Shown one piece after another: positions 39,465 through 52,679 of a DNA stretch of 64,000 bases. The notes under the pieces are model-generated. The model ran no database searches. It saw only the letters and a list, made by a program, of their open reading frames with translations, and was not told the DNA's origin. The stretch lies in the NCBI RefSeq assembly GCF_009914755.1, contig NC_060925.1; one strand, given 5' to 3'. Made by a program: the position numbers and the translations under genes. Origin of the DNA: the human T2T-CHM13v2.0 reference genome, Homo sapiens. Position 1 is the stretch's first letter. Each line of letters opens with the position of its first letter.

Positions 39465-40059
39465 TCACAGCCTAGACCACTCACATGTAAAAATGTGATA
39501 CACCTGTCATACACCCAGGCCATGAAGAAGGGAACACAATGAAAGTTAGCCCTTCAGTGATTTGACTCTTTGAAGCCTTAGTTCTGAACCACTTGTCCTA
39601 TCTTACTTATGTTTTATATCCTGACTTGTTTATCTTTTTGGCTTCAGAGCTAGGATTTATTTACCTTTTACAGCTTTACTCACTCACTCCCCCCTCAACC
39701 CTGCCAAAAACAAGCCACTCTCTGACGAGAATGTTTTCCTCTTAATCTCTGATCCTGACCCCTGCTCTGGCTATACCACCTTCAGGCACACTGAGTAAAC
39801 ATCCCACCTGGCCCAGCCTTCCCCATGGGCTTCACTACATCAGCATGCCCCTAGCCCCCGAGAATCGTTCGCTCACCAGGTGTACCCCAGCCCACAGGTA
39901 TGATTTGTTTGAGGATACCAGTAAACTACCACCAGAAAGAAGTACAGCATGTCCTTTTCGTGTGATAGCACGCAAGTTTCTATGACTCTTGTCCTACTGC
40001 CCTAACCCTCCTTCATTACCATAACAGCATAAACATATACATTATGTTATTTTTTTTTC

Positions 40060-40795
40060 AAACCAGGTTTCACATGTTTTACTTACTGAATTTGTACAAC
40101 AATTCTATGGATCAGAAATAATAAATATGAGTTATCTCTTCAGTACAACAGTACTAATGAAATAAAGACAAGTCAAGTGATTTGGCTTATATTACAGCCA
40201 GTAAATTATAGAGCTTAACTCACCTGGTCAGTGCTTAATCTACTATCCGTGTTCCCTTAGGCTGAGCACCTCTGAAGGATAGGGATCAAATCCATATGGC
40301 CACTCTGCATGGAAATTAATAAATAATGTTGATGGGATGATGAAGTTGATAATAATTATGAGAGTAATAAATATGTTTTTTATCTCCAATTGTAGAAATC
40401 AATTTCACTTTCCTGATTTTCATACCTATATGCCTTTGCACACACTTCTTCCTTTACTTAGGAAGCCTTCCATTTGCCCTGTTTGCCTAGAAAATCCCTC
40501 TTCATCCTTTAAAAGCTGATACATATGTTACCTCCTCTGCAAGGCCTTTACCTATCACTGCCCAGCCCCAGCTTCCAAACAGCTAGTTGTGTCATACGTT
40601 AATGGTGTCACACTTAGGAAATAATTATTTCATTACTTGTTTAGAAAAGTTTCTCTCCAGATTATGGACAAGGCCAGGAATAGTGTCTTATTCCTTTTTT
40701 CATTCTAAGATCTGCCATGGTGCATGACACATTATAGAAACTCAAAAAGTTTTTTTGAACCAAATGTGATGATGATGATGGTGATGGTGATGATG
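40060..40795. mobile_element. MIR (-) and L2 (+) fragments with (GAT)n
   Basis: acaacaattctatg..aagtgatttggc (MIR); cacacttcttcct..cttcatcctttaaa..tgttacctcctctgcaaggcctt (L2). Confidence 0.6.
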
Positions 40796-40869
40796 GGGTA
40801 GGGGGACAATTTCACTTCTTCCAAGAGAAAGAGCTTTCCCAGTTTTTAGAACCAGACTTTAGTTAGAAC

Positions 40870-43005
40870 AGTATATTAGTCATGGAAATCAATGCAGGCC
40901 ACTATCAAATACAACTTCCAAAGTATTATACTTCGATACAAGGCTATTTCTTACTCATGAAGATATGGTGTGGGTTAGATAAGACACCTTCACTGGGTGC
41001 CCCTCCTCCAAGTGACAGCTCTGAAATCCAGGATCCTTCCATTATGTGGCTTTCCCATCTTGGCATCCTTTGCCTCCAGCTGTTCAGATGGGAGAAAATA
41101 CAGAGAAGACACACCAAGTTTAAAACGCTTGTTCTACAAGTGACAGTCATTGCTTCTTCTCACATTCCATTGGCCCATCTAACTGCAGGGTCACCTGGAA
41201 GATGTAACCTTCCTACGTGCCCAAGGAGAGACTCAAAAATGGTGAATACTGAAAGTCTCTTGCCATAGGTTGCCCTTCTGAACACCAAATGTTCATTTCA
41301 CTCTTCCTCTCACAGAACACACTCACCCCATGCCAAGGGGTACACCCTAAGTCCCATTTAGTCATCACCTCCAGATCAATGTCCAGGATATCTGGGTGAG
41401 GCACCATCTTTCGTATTCATCAGTCTGACATGGCACCTCTCAGTGCAGTTACCTACATATGTAAAAGATTAGTTATCCATATTCCACATCTCCACCATCA
41501 TAAACCATGTATAATGGTGGAAAAAATGACAGGAAAACTGCAATAAATAACCCTATTTGAAATGGGAAATAAGAGACGAGACACATCATGGTCCTTGCCA
41601 ATGCTGAAACCTTTCTGTGCCAACATGGTGAAGCTCAGATATTCTGGGTGGGGTGGAGATGTGTGGACTTGACTCTGAGAAGGACTCCTGTATTTGCTCT
41701 TCTCCTTAGCCACATGTGAAGTAGGCTCAGGTGAACACATTTTCCTCCGGAGCAGTACAGTTCTAGAAGCCTGACATTTGCTTGGTCTGCAATGTGTTGG
41801 GAACTCAAAAGTTGTTTTAAGCCTGGACCAAGCAAAGGCCTTTTAAGTCCAGGCTCCTGGTTTCATCGTAATACAATTATCAAAATCTTAGATGATGTAG
41901 ATCTATTTGCTTCTAGTCAGTCCCAAGTGCCAGTAATTATACCTAGAGTTACTTTCTAAACATTATTATCAAATTTACCTTTTTTTCTTTGTTTCTTCAC
42001 CTCCATGCCTTTTTTTTCCCAACATAATTACCAAATTACATTGAGGCTATAAGAAACAATAGGTGAGAAGACCACTCGACTTATCTGATTTTCACCTCAA
42101 ATGACCTCATTCAGATGAGAACTTTTGCTAGATATTTATCACTTAAAGTCATTTTTGGTGCCCTATTTTACTGTTTGAGTCTAAAAGAAATTTATTTTTT
42201 CCAACCCTATGAGTCCAAATTTCTTGATTCTGTATTCCACTCTATTTCTGCTTGCAAACTCAATAATTATTTCCTGAGTCATCTCTTTCTTGTAACTTTC
42301 TTGTAATACATGAAAGAGATATTCCAACATTAGCCAATACCACTATTAAAATTTTGTTTGCTAACCATTTCCCCTAAAGATATATACCAGGCACATGGAC
42401 TAACTTCTAACTAATAGCAGGCAATAGTTGGATTTATCACTATATAACATTAATTACCATCTTTCCATTTTCTGGTATTAGTTTCCTTCCTGCCAGATTC
42501 TGTATTACTAAACCAATGATAAATACTTAGGATCATGTAAAGGTTAAGGAATATGGTTTGATTATGTCAATATCCCACTTCTGGTACCAATTTCTAGATT
42601 ACAGCAATAAATACCAGTTGCTGTAACAGCAATCTCGGTGATTTCACACACAGTTTTATTTCTTCCTTAGGTAGCTATCCAATACAAGTCTAGAAGTTCT
42701 CCTTGGAGGCTCTCTTCCAAGCAGTGACTCAGGAACCCAAACTCCTTCCATATTCTAAGGCTAGAGTCTTAAACCAATGGCCTCTTAGCTGATTGTGGAA
42801 GAGGAAGCAAAAACTGAAATATTCTTTAAGATGCTTTTAAGGGACACGACTAGAAGTGGCTTATATCCCTCTGTCCTAATTTTTTTGACTGGAACCCTGT
42901 CACATGGCCTCAACAAAACTGCAAAAGGAGAAAACGAAGTCTTCCTGTGTGCTCTGGGATAGGAAATGGGATTGGTGATTTTTATGGCTATCTATGTTGT
43001 ATTAC
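40870..43005 (-). mobile_element. Old MaLR provirus (MLT1J/K-like LTR-int-LTR)
   Basis: Two similar LTRs (~40870-41270, ~42595-43005: aagtgac..ccagga..ccttccat); internal ends with atcccacttctggtaccaattt. Confidence 0.75.
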
Positions 43006-44559
43006 AATATGTCATTCATTTACTTGACTCCTCATTGATGACTGAATAAACTGAGAAAAGATTATCTTTCTTATCTTTCTTTTCTCAGTCACCAACTAGA
43101 TGCTTCAAAAATAACATTTTTATATTAAAAACACAGGTTCAACCTACTTTAAAATTACTTATGAGGGATTTAATGCAAGTAAAATATTTCCCATTTAACA
43201 AATGAGACAAGATGGAAACACTGACAGGTTTCAAGGGACCCACTGTGAATTATCCAACAATCAGTAATACGGTACTATGGCCAGGTAAGTTCACCTGGCT
43301 CAGGTAGTTGCCTAGGTGCCATGAAATAGAGTTTCTGGCTTCCCAAGGTCTGTCTGTACTTGGTACACATGGAACCAGAAGCTCGCAAATACTCCTGTGG
43401 CATGATACAATGGTACTGAGAGGCAGGAGGACATGTGGAAGCCTGGGATTAGAACAAGTTGGCTACAGAGTGTAAGGACTCTACCTCCAGATGCAAATGG
43501 CCAGGACCATGGGTAGGACTAAGGGCAAACTCTAAAAGACACAATAAAGGAGCCACTCCTCTGCGACGCCAGCCCAGGGACCCAGGCAACAGGCCAAACC
43601 CATCCTGCAGCAAGACTCAGAGACCTTGCAGAGACCAGTAAGGACTTGGAGGTAACAAGCAAACCCAAGGTCCCCTGCCCCCACCACCATGAGGGTACTT
43701 CCACCTCCTTCCCTGAAGGAGATTTCTTTTTCTCTCAGTCTGCGATATTTGCATTTTTTCCAATTAGTACATTCATTCATTGACAAAAAGTTCAAGTTGC
43801 TTTTCTAGTTCCTCAGCTTCTCAGGCTTCTGGTCTGAATGGTCATTGTCTGGACAAATCAGGAGCTGGGAGCCTGCTAGCTGGGCCATGTAGCCTGGCAG
43901 AGGTGCCTTCAGGTGCTTACGTGCTCCCTTTAGATACTGAGTGTTTCACCAGAGCCATGGACAGACCAGAAGGTAAGGTGTCATGGTCACTTGGAACTTA
44001 GCAGCTTGCAGGAGCACCTGGGGAGAGGATGCAAGTCTTTAAAAGATACTTTAAAAACAAATGCTTTCCAACATTCGGGCATCACATCCTATGGAGCATG
44101 AAGCATGTAGCAGGACAATTATGGTGGGCTTTCCGAAGTCATGGAAAAGACTAAAAATGGCCCCTTTCTTAGGACATAAGGAAAAATAGGCATTGAGCCA
44201 GTGGAAACCAAGAAGGAAGCCAGAAAGAAATGGAAGCTTTCCTGCTTTTCCTTACTAGTTCCTTTCTGCATTAAAAGCCAATTTTACTAGCATTTTGTCA
44301 GCCAGAGTCTTTTGTAAACAAGCACTTCCAATTTCTCAAGCCAGTGAAATGGAGATTCATAAAGATGTTTTAAGAATTGCAAGCCTGAAATGCCTTGGTG
44401 CGTCATTAATATAAATTAAATACGATCTGCATTTTTAAAAACCATTGCGTAATAATACTTATGAAAACTGGTAATTAATATTTAGAATGTTTAGAACATC
44501 TACTTAAATATTTGACTTATGGGCCAGTATTGCTATGGAATGTGCTAAGAATTGACTAA

Positions 44560-44825
44560 CTAGCACCATGAAAATCCATGTACTTCAGAATTCAAAAGAG
44601 AAGATCGCATCCCAAACCTGATAATTTATTAATTGTGTGAACTTCACCAGGTCCTTTAAACTCTCTGTGCCTTATTTTTCTCATTATAAATGAGGATAAT
44701 GATATCTCCCATCCCTGGTTATTAAGCTTCAATGAGATGGGCATGTGCCCATGCTTAGCACATACTTGCACAAAGGAGGCACTCAACAAATACAGCTGCT
44801 ATTGTTATGATGATGATGATGATTT
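44560..44825 (+). mobile_element. MIR SINE with (GAT)n tail
   Basis: tgtgtgaactt..tttaaactctctgtgccttatttttctcattataaatgagga..ggcactcaacaaat. Confidence 0.85.
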
Positions 44826-45344
44826 TTTAATACTGCTACTACTAGCTGTGTGAGCTTATTTGAGTTCCTAACCCTTTCCTTGTTGTTCTAGCCAGCCTCT
44901 GCTCACCCCCGCATTCTGGCCTTGCATACCCACAGTAGAACACTAAACGTTTTCCCAAGTTCTGTTATCAGTCCCTCCTTTTCTCATAAAAAAATATAAT
45001 AAAAAGAGTTACTTGAGAGTGTCTGAGACTCTTTCAGAGTAACTCCCCCTCCAAAGAGACACCTCCCTCTGCCCTTGTCTTGGTTCTTCCCATCATTTCC
45101 TCTTCCTCTGGGTCAGACCTGGATAAACTTGCGGTTTCCTTCCTTCGTGCTCTCTGGAGAGCTGAGTGCTGCACACTTGAAAGCCTAAAAACTTGTCATT
45201 TCCACCTTGAACTAGTGGCTGACCTCACCAGACAGCCTGAGAAATGAATTAGTGTCCTTAAGCGGAGGCAGAATATGAACAGTGACCCAGCTCTCCTAAG
45301 CAACCACAGCAACTGTCAAGCGGTAGTTAAAGTTCCCTTTTTCC

Positions 45345-45690
45345 CAACCCCTTTAATTATGTTGAAAACTATGTCATATTGTTTTTGAAAAAGTTAATGA
45401 AATAGTAGGTAAAGGTGAACCAAGGAACATAATTTACTTGGATTTCCTTGCAAGCTTTTGATAAGGTCCCTCATAAAAGGCTATTAAGGAAAATAAATGA
45501 CCAGAAGGCTGTGAGCAAAAGTCTTTCTGGTGTATTAAAAACTGGTTAAGCTATTTTAGAAGGAAGAATCCCTGATGCTGGCTACTTCTTGGAGCAGAGA
45601 AAGGTTAATCACAAACTGTCCTTAGTATTAGTATTTGGACTTCAGATATTTGAATGATTTATAAAGGAAAAAAAGCAAAGTTGGCCAAAG
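45345..45690 (+). mobile_element. L3/CR1 LINE reverse-transcriptase fragment
   Basis: Translates GKGEPRNIIYLDF/QAFDKVPHKRLLRKI, the CR1 RT motif YLDFxKAFDKVPH. Confidence 0.85.
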
Positions 45691-45704
45691 ACAAAAAATT
45701 ATTA

Positions 45705-46184
45705 TTTCTTTTTTACTTCCTTAGACTTTTATTTTTTAACAACATTCTTTTCATTTTATTTTTTAAGCTGACAAATAAGAATTGTACATGTTCATGGAGT
45801 ACATAGTAATGTTTTGGTACATATAAACTATAAGTGATCAGATCAGGGTAATTAGCATATCCATGACCTCAAACATTTGTCATTTCTCTGTGTTGGGAAC
45901 ATTTGATACTATTCTAGCTATTTGAAACTGTATTATTGTTAACCATAATCATCCTACAGTGCTATAGCACACCAGAACTTATCCCTCCTGTCTTGCTATA
46001 ATGTTTTATTCTTTAACAAATCTCTTCATCTACTCTTCTCTCTCCCCTTGGAATTAACCTTTTTTAAAATTTCAATGAGTTTTGGGGGAACAGGTGGTGC
46101 TTGGTTACATGGATAAATTATTTAGTGGTGATATCCAAGATTTTGGTGCACCCATCATCCAAGCAGTAAACACTGTACCCAATG
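45705..46184 (-). mobile_element. L1PB 3' end (46058-46184) joined to L1MA 3' end (~45745-46050)
   Basis: ttttgggggaacaggtggtg..ttttggtgcacccatcatcc (L1PB); gatcagatcagggtaattagcatatcc (L1MA); 16-bp flanking direct repeat. Confidence 0.85.
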
Positions 46185-47627
46185 AGACACAAAATTATTA
46201 CCATGGTCAAACCTCCAAGTTTTTGGTATGAATGCAGGACCCTCGTCCATCAATAGAGAATGCATTCCTGGGAGAAAGATCTGGGCCCACCCAAAAGATA
46301 CAACCTCCAAAGATGGGAACTAAGCTCTGAAAACCTTTCAGAGTAAGATAAAAACGCTTCTGACTTGCGTGGCCCCAGTGCAGCCAGGCCTGAGGCTGGA
46401 GGGCAGGACACAATGATCTTGTGAGTGTCCTTCCCACCCTTCTAGCAGATGGTAGTTTAAGGCCATGAAAAATTAGAAATGAGTGGCATGGGTGGAAAGC
46501 ATTGAAGCAATATGAAGACACTATTTTGCATGCTTTTCATTCCAAAATTGTAAAAGAATAATTCTATTGGTAAAGGAGAGCCAAAGAAATGTCATGGGGA
46601 CTCAGGCATTAAGTACATTTCCTGTGTAATTTGTGTATTTGACCTGATGCAGCAGAAAGTAAACAAGAGATACTGAGACCTGCTTACTGCCTATTTACTG
46701 TAGGGGCAATGGGAAGAGCTGCATTTTTATGAAAGAAGACAGACCTCTTAAAGTGCTGATAATCTAACAACACGTTTATTCTCATAGGTATCTTCACCAC
46801 TGCTCTCCCGCTCCCAAATATTTTCACTGTAAAGTGAGCCAGAAGAAATCATACCAATATCTGGGTGCTGATGACGTAAATCCCAGGTCCTCTTCCAGCC
46901 ATGGCCCTCATTAATCTTTATGACACTTTTTCTTGAGCCTCACCTGCATTTCTGCAGGATCAAAAAGTCCTAAACACAAAAGTCACACTGCAACATCAAT
47001 GGCAAAAATAATTCTAATCTAGGTTTGCCAAAGCTGCTTCTCTTCTGCCTAGTCAAGTACTAAAGTACTCTAGTTCATACATAGGGTGCCATTTATCCAG
47101 TAGGAAAGCACTTATTTTGAAAGACAGAGACTATGTGAAATAAGATGTTAGACATAGAAATATCCCTCTCAAAGAATCCAGCAATAAACCCACACAAATA
47201 TAATTGTTTATATTTTGGCAAAAGTGCAAAGGCAATTTAATAGAGAAGGGATAGGCTTTTTCAACAAATGGTAGTGGAACAATTGAATGTCAATATGCCA
47301 AAAGAAAAAAGAAACAAAGAAAATAAAGAATTGTAACACATACTATCTACAAACATTTACTAACAATGGATCATATACTTAAATGTAAATGTAAATTACA
47401 AAATTTCTAGGAGAAAATCTTTGTAACATTAAGTTAGGCAAAAAGTCATTTGATACAACATCAAAAGTACTATCCACAAAAGGAAAAAAAATGGATACAT
47501 GGAGCTTTATCTAATTTACTTTTTTATCTTTGTTCTGCAAAAGACACTATTAGGAGAATGGTGAAGCAAATCACGGATTGGAAGAAGACATTTGCAAATC
47601 TTGTATCTTAAAAAGGACTTGTATCTA

Positions 47628-47705
47628 TCATATATATATATATGATACATATATATATATAGATACATATATATATAGATAGATGATACATATATATATA
47701 TATAT
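47628..47705. repeat. (TA)n/(GATA) compound microsatellite
   Basis: Direct inspection. Confidence 0.92.
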
Positions 47706-47713
47706 CACTTTTA

Positions 47714-48155
<442 letters not shown>

Positions 48156-49559
48156 TCAAAATCATTAGTTCTTAAGAAATTACAAATTAAAACACAATGC
48201 AATGCCACTACAGACCTACTTGAATGGCTAATTTTTTATTTATTTATTTAACCATACCAAGTACCAGCATGAGGAGCAACTGGAATGCTCACATATTGCT
48301 GGCAGAAACACAAAATGGCACATTTTGGCAGATTCTCATAAAGTTAAAAACACATGTATTACATGACCCAGTAATCTCACTCCTAGATATTTACCTAAGA
48401 GAAATAAAAACTTGGTTTTATGTAAAAACCTACAAATGTTAATCTCAGTTTTTCTCATAACAGCCCCAAACCAAAAGTCCTTTAGTGAGTCCAAGAATGG
48501 ATAAATAAACTGCACACACACCTACACCACCCAGCAATAAACAGGAGCAAACTCCTGATGCATACAACAGCAAAAGGATGAACCTCAACACACCTGCCAA
48601 GTGAAAGAAACCAGGTCTAAAAGGCTAGGTGTTGTATAATTCCATCTCCATAGCACTCTAGAAAAGATCCAAAGAACAGATCAGTACTTGCCAGGCCTTG
48701 GGAGTAAGGAAGGGGACTGAATATCAAAGTATGACCCAGGAAATGTGGAAGGCAGGAGCTGGGGCTGGGCAGGGGCCTGGGGATGGTGATGGAGCCGTGC
48801 TTTATCATGGCCGTGTAGTAGATCCACAGCTGTGCATTTGTCAAAACCCTCAGATCTGTACACTCCCCAAAAAAGTGAATTGTATTGTTTTAAAATTTGA
48901 AAAAAATTAAGACAACACAACCCAAAACCAAAACAAACCACAACAAAACAAAAACAGAGGCTGTTATGATAAAAGCTGGGATTATCATTTGTGTATAGGT
49001 TTTCACATAAGTGATCATAATAATACATTGTATTTACATTTCATATGGACAAACTTCATTTCCTTTGCAAGAAAACTAGCCCAAATTGGGGTGCAGTCTG
49101 CAGTCATGTTCTGCTATGTCACTAACTGCCTCAGATGACATTGGATTCCTGACCTCCTCATTAACTCACACACACAGAGTGGTCAAGCAACCTTTTCCAG
49201 ACTACTCTGCTTGCCTCCAACTGTGAAAAGCATTATTTGATGTTCTTAAATATTACCCTTCGCCTTTAACTGTACATAATAATTATGTTACCAGGGGTGA
49301 TGCTAATGACAACGAAGCATCTGCACTACTTCCTAAAGCTCCAGGACAGGACACCTGTGTTTCAAGATGTAGTACTATGACAAGAGTTACAGCCTGCATC
49401 CCCTGGGTACCAGCGACGTTGGGAAACTCAATTGGTCCTGCAAACCACCATAGCCACCCTGCATATGCTAAAAAATGCTGGGAGTAATTAAGTGGTGATA
49501 TATTTTTTTTTCTTAGTATGATTTTCCAACTGAGGAAAGAGAAAGATACACAAAGATTA

Positions 49560-49817
49560 TAGTCATTCCCCAGTGTCTGTGGAGTACTGGTTCCAGCATC
49601 CCCTACAAATATCAAAATTCAAGGATACTCAAGTCTCTGATATAAAATGGTGTGGTGTTTGCATACAACCTATGTACATCCTCTTGTGCCTACTTACAAT
49701 GCCTAATACAATGATGTACAGTACAGACACCAATCGTATATTTTTTCCTGAATATTTTTGACCTGCAAAATGGTTGAATCCACAGATGTAGAACCCACTG
49801 ATATGGAGGGCTCACTA
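49560..49817. mobile_element. MER2 (Tigger-derived MITE)
   Basis: tggttccagcatccc..aaaattcaaggatactcaagtc..ggttgaatccacagatgtagaaccc..atggagggc; TA flanks. Confidence 0.88.
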
Positions 49818-50199
49818 TATTTCGGAGCAAACATTAATTATCATTGAAGAAAGCAAACATATTTCACTAAAAGCCCCAATACTTATTTCAATACAAACAA
49901 CCCAGCCAAAGACCATCATGTAAAAAAGTTATACAGCAAGACTCTTTTTGTTACAAATATTTACTGAGGTATCTGAGTTTAAAGCCACTCAGAAACTCAG
50001 AGCAGGCCCCATTCCCAGATGGCATAACTACCTACTCAAACTTCAGGACCTGGGTCATAAGCAAGAGCTGAAACAAAAGCAAACCTTTCATTATTTCCAA
50101 CCAGACCTAGAAACATTAAACCTTTTCCTCAGAAGCATGAGAAGAAAGAATGAACAACTAAATTTTAAAAACGGCAGCTCCTCAGCTCCATTTCCCCAA

Positions 50200-50440
50200 A
50201 ATGGGTCAGGTGGAAATTAATGGCTCTTTCTTCTGCATTATTAGTCATTTGTGTACTTTTACAGTGCTGTACTTAACACAATCTATTGTCATTAATTGTC
50301 ATAGACTCATCCCAATGCGCAGATGTCCTCAATGGGTTGTGAGCTCCTCGGTGGCAGGGCCAAGCATTATGATATTTGTTCTCCCAGAACCTATTGAAGA
50401 TCTGATACATAATGTGCAGCCATAAATGTTTGAAGAATAA
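50200..50440 (+). mobile_element. L2 3' end
   Basis: ttgtgagctcctcggtggcagggcc..cataaatgtttgaagaataa. Confidence 0.65.
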
Positions 50441-50715
50441 AAGAAAGAAGGAGGAGGAAAGCAAAAATGTAGGGGAAAGACATCGTGAGAGGAGAGAAAG
50501 AAAAAAAAGTAGGAAAGGTAGGAAGAGAGGGAAAAAGGAAAGGTAGAAAGAAGGGAAAAATGAAAAGCAGGGAGGGAGGAAGGGAGAAAGGTAGGGAAGG
50601 GGAGAGGAAGGAATGACAAGGGAGGAAGGAAGGACAAGAAGGAAGGAAGGAGGAAGGAAGAAAGGAAGGAAGGGAGGGAGGGGAGAGGTGAGGGAGGGAA
50701 GAAGGAGGGAAATAA
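50440..50715. repeat. Polypurine (GGAA/GAAG) low-complexity tract
   Basis: Direct inspection. Confidence 0.92.
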
Positions 50716-50889
50716 AATGCGCCTTGGATAGAGAAAATGAGGACACATAGGGTGACTTGAAAGGCAGAGAGGTGTCTGGCGTGGGAAGGTGGCAGCCATG
50801 GGCCAGCCTGATCATCTGGGGGCCCGTTCCCCAAATCTGCCTATGCTTGTGTGGCCAGCCCACTCTCCCTGAGATCCCCACTACCCTTT

Positions 50890-51240
50890 GTCCCTCCCGC
50901 TGCAGCCCCGGGGATGTCAGAAGCCATTGTGCAGTTGAGCACACGGCCAAGCCAGCAGCTGAGGCAGGAAGCAGGGCTGGAGCTGCTGGCTGGAGTTGCT
51001 GGGCCCGTGTGTCCTGCTCCCTGCTGCAGGCCTGGGTGCCAGAGCCAGAGCAGCCGGGTCAGGGTGGCGACGCACTGCTGGCATGGCCAGGCTCTCACAC
51101 GCTCTCCTTTCCAATGGCCCGGCCGGCATTGCTGGGGAAACGGGAGGGGCCGGGCAGCCAGCAGCCGAGAGTGAGAACTTCCCCTTGCCAGAGCCAGCTG
51201 CTGGCTGCCATCTGGGCAGGGGCAGTGCCAGTTTCCCAAA
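50890..51240. promoter_or_regulatory. GC/CpG-enriched unique element, candidate enhancer
   Basis: About a dozen CpGs in ~300 bp; CAGCTG at 50956 and 51195, CAGGAAG at 50965, CATTGT at ~50925. Confidence 0.4.
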
Positions 51241-52679
51241 TCTGCCTTCCCTTTGGAAAAGGGGGAGAAAACTCTGTGCTGAGAAGATAGCTTCTCCTCC
51301 ATCCTGAGGCTCTCAGTTAAAAACCCAACAAAACCAGCCTTTGAAAAAGGAAGGGATGAGAAATGCCACATGTTGGGCTGTTTCCAAAGGAATTTGCCTC
51401 TCCCGGGCCTTTACTTCCAAAAAAACTCTTTATTCATGCTCAAGATCCCTTGGTTCTTTCATTTCACTCCACAATAACCTTTCATTTTAGTTTAAAGTTA
51501 AATGTTTAAACAAATAACATGCGGGTATCTGTGTGTCCTTTACACTGGTCACATAGGGATTGTTCACCGTAAGCTGGGAATTCCCTGAGAGCTGTGACTT
51601 AGTCTTCCTCATTGATTCTGTAGGTTGAGTAACCCAGCACCTCATCTAAACTGGTGCTGCCTGGATGCTTTCTGATAAATGCAGTCATTCATTCACTGGA
51701 TACTTACTGAGCACCTTCTGAGCATCAGCACAGGGTGGTCGCTGAAGAATTAAAGATCTGGTCATATTCTCAGAGTTTGGGGAATGAAAGCAAACCTTCC
51801 CGTCCTTCTGGATGTCAGGGGAATGGACACTGTAGCTACTGTGTGTTGGCGCGAGTGTGTCCTGCAGAGGATCCCAACCCCGAGACCACGTTATTTACTG
51901 TGCAACTACTATATTCCTAGGAGACAGGTGGGAAAAGAGTTGGCACCTGACAGAGCACAGAATCAGGGAGACCTTCCACAGGCCCAAAAAACAGCCAAGC
52001 TTTATCCAAGGTGAGTGTCAGTATTTTCAATAAGCCTCCCACATGGGCACTAACAAATCAGAACAGATACTGGCTGGGACCAACCAGTGCTGCTACCTTT
52101 GTGCATCCTATCTGAATATGAATCCTGGATTTATTGTTTATCAGCCCCTTACCTTTCAGATCCTTCTTTTCTGTCTTGATATCTTTCTTCTCAGCGAAGG
52201 ACACAGCCAACCCAACTTCCCAACATCACAAATACTTGTTGAAAATTGCCCGAGTGGATGGGGGCAGGGATAGAAGTCCCTGTGCTCCATGAAGACCCCA
52301 ACTTGGCAGAGATCCTCATGGTGGGGCTTCCGATGGATTCCTCCATCTTTGCTGACATCTTCATTCTGAAGCAGCTCTAAACATACCTGTTACTCATGTA
52401 ATAGTTGGAAGAGGCAGGCTGAAAGCCAGGGAAGCCTCAAGAGTGAGGCTCACTCTCTGAAATACAGGGTTTGGTCTCCCAGCTCTGAGGCCTTAATATT
52501 TAGCTTGCCTAGGAGCAATCAGGCCCTAAGAAAGACTAGTTCACATTGCCAATCTCATAGGAAAAGTATCTGGCATTTTAAAGTGTTTCCTAAGTAGTTT
52601 TACAATGAAAGATACATGTAAACACAGCTTGCATAGTATTGAGTCTACAGTGAACACTCCTTTGATGAATTTAAATTGA

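Noticed and set aside
50273-50950. 225-aa ORF and overlapping 147-156 aa ORFs
   Set aside because: Produced by the stop-free pyrimidine strand of the GGAA tract plus L2; F/L/P/S low complexity
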